Shown here piece after piece: positions 57,004-64,000 of a stretch of DNA of 64,000 nt (the stretch's first letter is position 1; every line of letters begins with the position of its first letter). Location of the stretch: positions 496,001-560,000 of the forward strand of contig JABVCE010000016.1 in assembly GCA_014905635.1 (NCBI GenBank), given 5' to 3'. Made by a program: the position numbers and the translations under genes. This stretch comes from Scenedesmus sp. PABB004 (taxonomy: Eukaryota). The notes beneath the pieces were generated by a model that made no database searches, was not told where the DNA came from, and saw only the letters and a program-made list of their open reading frames with translations.

Positions 57004-58910
57004 TCACGCCTCTCCCTCGGACGCGCCCGACGTGGACGCGCCGGCGCAGGCGGAGCCCCAGCCGCCGCAGCCGGGCGCGGTGCCGCGGCTGTGCAGGCTG
57101 CAGCTGGGAGCAGGCCGCGCCGCACCGTCGCCGCCGGCACCGTCGTCGGCGTGCGGGGCGGCGGCGGTGGTGGCGACGGCCGGCAGAGACGCCGCCTCTG
57201 CCGCGCTGGCGCCGGGAGCGCCGGCTGGGCCCAGGCTGCTCACCGAGGCGCGGTCGCGGTCCTGCGACACCTGCAGCGCGAGCTGCTGCCCCAGGATCTG
57301 CAGCGCGCGCAGCTGCGCGCGGCGCGCCATCGCAGCCGACCACTCGCTGCCCTCGTGCTGCAGCACGGCCGCCAGCTCCATGTAGGCGCTGCCCACCTCG
57401 GGGGCCATGTTGCCCCGCGTGCGCTCGAGGTGCAGGATGTGGGCGCGGTGCGCGTTGATGCGCGCACAGTCCTCCTCGCCCGGCGCGGCCCGCGGCGCGG
57501 CGCGGCCGTCGCCGGCGGCGGGCGGCGCGGCGCCGCCGCTGTGGCTCGCCGACCAGCTGCCCGCGGAGGCCTGCGGCTGCGGCTGTGGCGGCGCCTGCGG
57601 CTGCGGCTGCGGCTGTGGCGGCGCTGCCGGGGCGGGCTTCTCCTTGGCGCCGCCGCCGCCGCTGCGGCCCGCAGCCGGGCTGACCATGACCCGGCACACG
57701 CCGTCCACGCTGCCCGCCTCCAGGAGCGCGCCCCACCACGCCGGCAGCGCCTGGGGCTGCGCCGCGGCGTGCGGCTGCGCGGCCTCGCTCGCAGCGCGTG
57801 CCTGCGCGTCCTGCGCTGCGCCGGGCATCGCGCGCGGCAGGCCCGCGAGCCCGCCGGCACCGCCCTGCAGCGGGGTCGCCAGGTCGGGCGGGCCGCCGCC
57901 GCAGCCGTCGCGGGGGGCGAGGCCCGTGCCGGCCGCCGCCGCGGCCGCCGCCATTTGGGCCATGACCTGCCCGGCCGCGGGCTCTGCGCCGGCGCCCGGG
58001 GCGCCGCCGGCGACGGCCGAGTACCCCGCCGCCACGCCCGCGGCGAGCTGGCGCAGGAAGGGCTGACACATTGCCATGAGATCGTCGGGCGTGACTGGCG
58101 ACGACGCCACGCCGCGCGGCGCGGCTGCGGCGAGCTCGCCCGCGGCGGGCCTGTGGCGCGGTGCGGCGGTGCGGCGGTGCGTGTCAAGAGCCGCGTGCGC
58201 GCGCCGCGCGGGCGCTGCCGCCTGCACGCCGCCGGTGCGGCGGCGGCTGTCCTGCAAGCCGTGCGCAGCGCCTCGCGGCGACGCACCCCCCGTGGGCGCC
58301 CGCCCGCCAGCCCGCGGCGACGGCGGGCGGGCTGATGACGAAGGGCTGCTCCGGGGTTGTGCCGTAGCCCGCCTGGCAGCGCAGGCAGAGCTCGAGCGCG
58401 CCGCCGCCGGAGCTGCACCTGCGCGCGCGCTCGCAGGACGGCGTCAGCGGCGCGCGGGGCGCGCGCGGGCGCGCCCCGCGGCCCGACGCGGCGGCCCTGC
58501 GCCAGCGCGCACCTGCAGGTGGTGCAGGCCTGGGTGTGGAAGGGGAGGCCCGGCTGCCAGGAGAGCTCGCTGAGGCCGCTCGACGTCTGGCGGCGCTTGG
58601 GCGCGGCGGCGGGCGCGGCGGCCGCGCCGTACTGGTGCCCCGGCCAGCCGCGCGTGGCCAGCACGTAGGCGTTGAGCTGGCTGGCGTCCAGCCAGTGCGG
58701 CGGCAGGCCGGCGACGGTCGCGTCCACGCCGCTGGCGTTGGCGCCGGACCTGCGCGGCGGCGCGTGAGCAGCGGGCGCGCGCAGCGGCGGCGTGCAACGC
58801 GCGCGGCGGCGCCAGTGGCGGCGGCGTGCAGCGCCCAGATCGGCAGCCGACCACACCCACCACGAGCGCTTGCCGCCGGCCGCCCGGGCGGCGCCGCCGC
58901 TCCACTGCAT
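57004..58910 (-). CDS. Hypothetical protein with Cys pairs and a C-terminal TPR-like helix pair
   Basis: Protein-like exons bounded by GT..AG: LPPHWLDASQLNAY, FHTQACTTCR|C...LCLRC, and HILHLERTRGNMAPEVGSAYMELAAVLQ. Exon structure is uncertain. Confidence 0.6.
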
Positions 58911-59588
58911 CGCAGCCGGCCGCGCTGCCGGAGCGCCGCGCCCGTCGGTCACCTGCGGGCGCGGGCCGGAGAGCGATGAGCGCTTGTAGCGGTGCGTCGC
59001 GCCGCGGGGCCGTGTGCAGCTCGGTCGAGCGAGTTTCCCGCCATCGGCTCGGCCCGCTCCTCCGCGCAGCCCTGAGCGCCCGACTGCCCGGAACCGATCG
59101 GTACCGAGCCCCTCGACCTGCGGGTACTCTGCGCGCGCCCGCCCGGCGCTCACCTGGGCGTGCGAGCCTGCGAAGAGTCCGGCGCCGCTGCTGCGCGTGC
59201 GGCCGCCACGACAGGAGCTTGCCAGCTTGCGCGGACGAGCCACGCGGTGCGCGGGGGATGCGGGAAGAGCGCTGAGGGCAGCGGCACGATCAGAGAACGC
59301 GTACCGTTACGGAGCGACCGCGCTGTCGGGTGGCGGCGCGCGCAGCCGTGCGCCCACAGGCGCGCACTCGACCACATGTGCACACAATGCAACGCTGCGA
59401 GAGAGGCCGACCGAGCATGATGAGGGGGAGGCCAAAGAATTTTCAGCGCCGCGCGCGCCGCTGCTCCTGCAGCGGCGGCGCCTGCCGCGCTGCGCGCGCG
59501 CCCTGCCCCGCGCCAGATGCCCCCTGCCCCTCCCTCCCCCCTCCCCCCAACCCCCCTCAACCGCCGCGCCCCCGCGCTGGCCCCTCCC

Positions 59589-60622
59589 TCACAGCTCCTT
59601 GGAAATGATGTTTTTGATGGTCTCCGCCGGCAGCAGCCCCTCCGTGCGCAGCGCGGGCTTGCCGTTGTCGGTGCCGATGAAAATCATCGTCGGCAGGCCC
59701 TGGATCTGCGGCGCGCCGGCGGCCGGCGCGGCGGCTCGCCCGGGAGAGCTGGCCGCGGCGGCGAGCGGGCAGCCGCGCGCGCCGCGCTGGCCGCGGCGCG
59801 CTGGGGAGGACGGGCGGCGGGCCCGCGGCGCCGGGCGCGCTGCAGCGCCGGCGGACCTGCAGGCGCGTGCTGAGGTCGGCGTTCTTGTCAACGTCGAGCT
59901 TGAGAATTTCCACGCCGTCGCCCAGGTCGGCGGCGACCTGGCGGCGGGCGCGCGCGGCGCCGCGTGTGAGCCCCCCGCCCTCCGCCACGCGACCTGGCCG
60001 CGCCGCGCCGCCGCTGCCGCCCGCCGCCGCGCGCCGCCGCACCTTCTCCAGCTCCTGCGCCAGCAGCATGCAGGGCCCGCACCAGGTCGCGTAAAAGTCG
60101 ACCACGATGGGCTTGTCGCGCGCCGCGATCGCGGCCTCCAGCTCCTCCGCGTTCACCTGCTTGATGTTGGCCGCCGTCGCCTGCCGTCGCGGCGCGGGGC
60201 GGGCGCGGGGGCGCGGCCGCGGGCGGCGCTGGGCGGCGGGGCGGGACGGGGACCGCGCGGGACGCGCCGCCCGGGCGGCGGGGCGGGCGGGCGCGCCGCG
60301 CGGCGCGCGCGCCGCCGCGTGGACAGCGGCGCGCGGCGGCGCGGGCGCCGCGGTCGCGCGACCGGACGCGGCGCTGGCCCCCGATCGGCGCTGAGGCGCG
60401 CGGCAGGCGGCCGGCTGTCGAACCAGCTGTCCAGGCAGGCCGTGCGGCGCCCCGGCGCGCGTGGCGGGCGCCCACCTGCGCGGCCACATGCCGGGACGGC
60501 CGCAGCGCGCCCGCGGGCTGCCGGCAGGGCGCCAGCGCCACTCCGGGCGCGCCAGCGGACCTGTGCGGCGCCGCTCGCCGGGCGGCGAGGCCGGGGCCGC
60601 CGCGCGACAGGCAGAGCTGCAT
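59589..60622 (-). CDS. TRXz: Plastid thioredoxin z (CITRX-like)
   Basis: Transit-like first exon; EELEAAIAARDKPIVVDFYATWCGPCMLLAQELEK|V...LKLDVD|IQGLPTMIFI...KPALRTEGLLP, the z-type pattern. Confidence 0.9.
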
Positions 60623-61238
60623 CGCGCTGTGCTGAGGCGAGGGCGAGGGGGCGCGTGTGGGCGGGGTGAGTGTTTCGCGAAATGGGCGAGAGCACTGAGC
60701 ACACGCGGGCACGCCGGGGCGGTCGCGGGGCCGCAACAGATCGTGCGGTCTTTGTGAGGTCTTGCACCGCAACAGCAACGGTGGACCGCCCCCGCCGGTC
60801 GCCCACGCCCACAAGGGCGATCCTCCCACCACTCCTGCGTGCTCGCTGCGCTCACCCGCATCCCCTGGCCTCCAGGCGCAGACCGGTTTGCTGTTGCTGC
60901 CCGCTCTCCACGCGCGCTCGACGCCCGCGTGCCTGGTCGGTGCCTCGTGTTGCAGGTGAGGGCGGGGGGCGGCGGCCAGGCGGCGCGGCACGCCCTGGCG
61001 CGGGCGCGCGGGGCGCCATCAGCCGGGAGCAGCAGCAAGCAACCGCCTGCAGCGAGCGGCCACGGCCCGGCGGCGCCCCCGTCATTGGCAGACGCGGGGC
61101 CCCTCCTCCGCACGGCGCCACGCCCGGCGCGGGGCGGCGCGGCGGCGCGGCGGTGCGCGGCGCGCCCCGCCGCTGCTCACGCGCGCCGCGCCGCGCCGCA
61201 GCGCCGCAGCGCCGCGCCCGTGGGTGGCCGCCGGCGCG

Positions 61239-64000
61239 ATGCTGTCGATGGCGAGCAGCAAGACGGGCTCCTGGCAGACGGTGAAGAACAAGAAGGAGGA
61301 GAAGGCCAAGGCCAAGGAGGAGCGGGCGAAGAAGGAGGTCAAGAAGGACCGCCTCGGCGTCGCGCTCGACCCGACCTCGGCCACGTTTGCCGCGTTTGAC
61401 CGCGCCTACGCGGACAAGGGTCGTGCCGCCGGCGCGGGCGCGGGCGCCGAGCCGGGCGACTACCGCGGCGCGTTCGCGGGCCTCGCCGACGAGGCGCCCG
61501 CGGCCGGCGGCGGCGGCGGCGACAGCGACGACGGCAGCGACGACGGCGCGCGCGCCTCGTCCTCGGCGCCCGCGGCGTCCGCGGCCAAGCCCAAGGCGCC
61601 CAAGGCGCCCAAGAAGCCCAAGCTCTCGGTCGCGCAGGTCGCGGCAGGTGCGGGCGCCGCGGCGGCGCGGGCCGGCGGCCTCGCGTCCGCGCGGCGCGCC
61701 CCGCGCTGCCGCCGCGGGGGCGCGACACGGCGCCGGCCGCGCGGCGCGGCGCAGGCCTGGACGTGGCGGCGCTGCAGGGGTACATGGCGGAGGTGCAGCA
61801 GCGCTACGCCGCCAACGAGACGGCACAGGCGCGGTCGCGGGCGCCGCGGCCGCGCCACCCCCCTGCCCCGCGCCGCGTGCCGCGCCCTGACCGCACCCCG
61901 CCCCGCCCTGCGCCGCGCCGCGCCGCGCCGCGCAGCTCGAGGCGCTCTCTGACCGGCTGCTGGGCGCGTTCAAGGAGGCCAGCCTGGACCTCGGCAAGCT
62001 GCTGGCCACAAAGGGCCTTGACGCGGTGCGCCGCCGCGCACCTCCTCGCTTTGCTGCGCGCCGCCGCCGCCGCAGCGCACACGCATGCGCGCGCGGCGGC
62101 CGTCCCTGCCGCCGCCGCGACCGCGGCCGACGCGCGCACCGCCGCGCCGCGCAGGCGAGCAAGCAGCCGCTGGCGGAGGTGCCCAACGCGTTGATGAACG
62201 CGCTCGCGAGCTTCGTCGCGTCGGTGAGCGAGGACGCGCTCGCGCGCATGACCGTGCCGCTCGTGGCCGCCGTCATCACGTCGGCCGCGGACGGCCCCAG
62301 CGGCGCCGCCAAGGGCAAGGCCGGCCTGCAGGTCATGCTCGCGGCCATGCTGCGCACGCGGCCCCAGGTGCGCGGCGGCGGCGGCTTGCGCCAGCGCGGC
62401 GGCGGCGGCGGCGGCGGCGTGCGCCCGGCGCCCGCGCGGCGGGCTCACGCCTGCGACGCCCGGCCGCCCCGCGCAGGCGCTGGTGCGGGCGGCGCCGGAG
62501 CTGCGCCTCGCGGGCCGCGCGCTCACCGGCGCGGGGCGCATGCCGCTGCTCCTCTGGGTGATCGACCAGGCGGCGACCGCCGACCCGGCCGTCGGCGTGG
62601 CGGTGTGGGTCCGCCTGCTGCTGCCGGCGATGCTGGGGCTCGTGGAGCTGCCCGCCGCCGGCGCTGCCGGCACCGGGGGCGCGCGGCAGCCGCAGCAGCC
62701 CGGCGGCGGCGCCAAGGCCGGCGGCGTCGCGCACGCGTCGCTCACCGACGACCTGCAGCGGCCGCTGGAGGCGGCGCTGCAGGCCCCCGCGCTCGCGTAC
62801 CTCGGCGCGCTGCTGAAGCAGCTGGGCGTGGCGGGCGCACGCACGGGCGCGGCCGCCGCGGCCGCCGGCGGCGACGTCACGCGCGGCGACGGCGAGGTCG
62901 AGCCCACCGTGCCGGGCGCGGCGGTGGAGCTGCTGTCGCGCCTCGCGGCCGGCAAGGCCTGGGCGCCGCCGCCGGCGCCCGCCGCGGGCGGCGGCGGCGG
63001 CGGCGCCGCGGCGGCGGCCACGGCGGCGGCGGCCGACACCAAGAAGGCAGCCGCGGCGCGCGCCGCGGCGGCGAGCGGGCTCGCGCCCATGCTGCCGGGG
63101 CTGACCGTGCTCGCGGCCAGCACCAGCTGCGAGCGCCAGTACCCGGAGTGGCTGCTGCTGGCGCTGGACAGCGCGGCGCAGTCGTCGGGTGCGGCGCGGC
63201 CGCGGCCGCGCCGGCCCGCGCGCAGCTGCGCCCGCGCCGCCGCTGACACCGCGCGCCGCGCCCCGCAGCCGAGCCTGACTGCCCGGACGACCTCGTGACG
63301 CGCAGCGCCTCCAACGTGGTCGCCTGCCTGTGCGGCAGGTGCGGCGTCGCTGCCGTGGTCGCCGCCGCGGCCGCCGCCGTGGCGTGCTCGGCTCGGCTGA
63401 CGTGCGCCGCGCCGCGCCCGCCCGCCAGCGACGCATGCTTTGCGCTGTGGGAGACCAAGCACAAGGGCGTGCTGCGCGGCAGCGCGCGCGTGCTCGCGGC
63501 CATGGCGCGCACGCCGGCGCTGCTGCAGCCCCTCGCGGCCGCCCCCGGCGGCGTCGAGGCCTTCCGCGGTCTGCTGGCCGCGCTGCCGGCGCGGCACCGC
63601 AGCCACCTCGCGGCCGGCAAGGGCTGGCAGGGCGCGTGCGCGCGCGCGGCCGAGGACGCGTGCGCGCGGCTGCCGCGCAAGCTGCCGCGCAGCGGCTGGC
63701 GCGGCGGCGGCGGCGGCGGCGCGGGCGGCGGCGCCGGCGGCGCCGCGCGGCGCGGCGGGCTCGCGCTGCCCCTGCTCGGCGCGGTCGTCGCGCTCGCGGG
63801 CTGCGCCGCGATGGTGGGGCTGCGCCGGCACGAGGTCGCGGGCATCGTACACGCGCACCTCGGCAAGGAGGCCGCGGCGCGGCTGGACGAGGCGGTGCTG
63901 GCGCGGCTGGAGGCCTGGGTCGCCGCGGCGGCGCCCCACGCGGCCGCCGCGCACGCGGCCGCCGCGCCGGCGCTCGCGCGCGCGGCCGAGGCCGCCGCGC
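61239..64000 (+). CDS. TMEM214: TMEM214-like ER membrane protein, 3' end outside the window
   Basis: GSWQTVKNKK; PKKPKLSVAQVA; PLAEVP; LQVMLAAMLRTRP; MPLLLWVIDQA..DPAVGVAVWVRLLLP; CFALWETKH...SARVL; late TM segment LPLLGAVVALAGCAAMV. Confidence 0.8.

Overview
A very GC-rich (roughly 80% by eye), intron-dense eukaryotic genomic region, most consistent with a chlorophyte green alga of Sphaeropleales type (short GC-rich spliceosomal introns, TGTAA poly(A) signals, plastid-type genes). Most long ORFs in the supplied track are artefacts of high GC; the genes were rebuilt by joining exons by eye, so boundaries are approximate. I can support 18 genes: DBR1 (5' partial), a plastid NSI/SNAT-like GNAT, an MgtE transporter, an MT-A70 methyltransferase of the AMT1/MTA1 DNA-6mA clade, an ankyrin protein, an S28 peptidase, an FAD monooxygenase, an MTP7/SLC30A9-like CDF, a BK/Slo-type K+ channel, SEC16, a secreted CAP + B-lectin-like protein, a large secreted Cys-repeat/Big-like protein, a tandem rhodanese, TEX261/Svp26, COG4, an unknown protein, thioredoxin z and TMEM214 (3' partial). 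The most unusual items are the divergent pair of secreted genes at 37.5-48 kb (one resembling an invasin-like adhesin), at least 12 GC-AG introns, and the AMT1-type methyltransferase. No RNA genes, CRISPR arrays or recognisable transposons were found.
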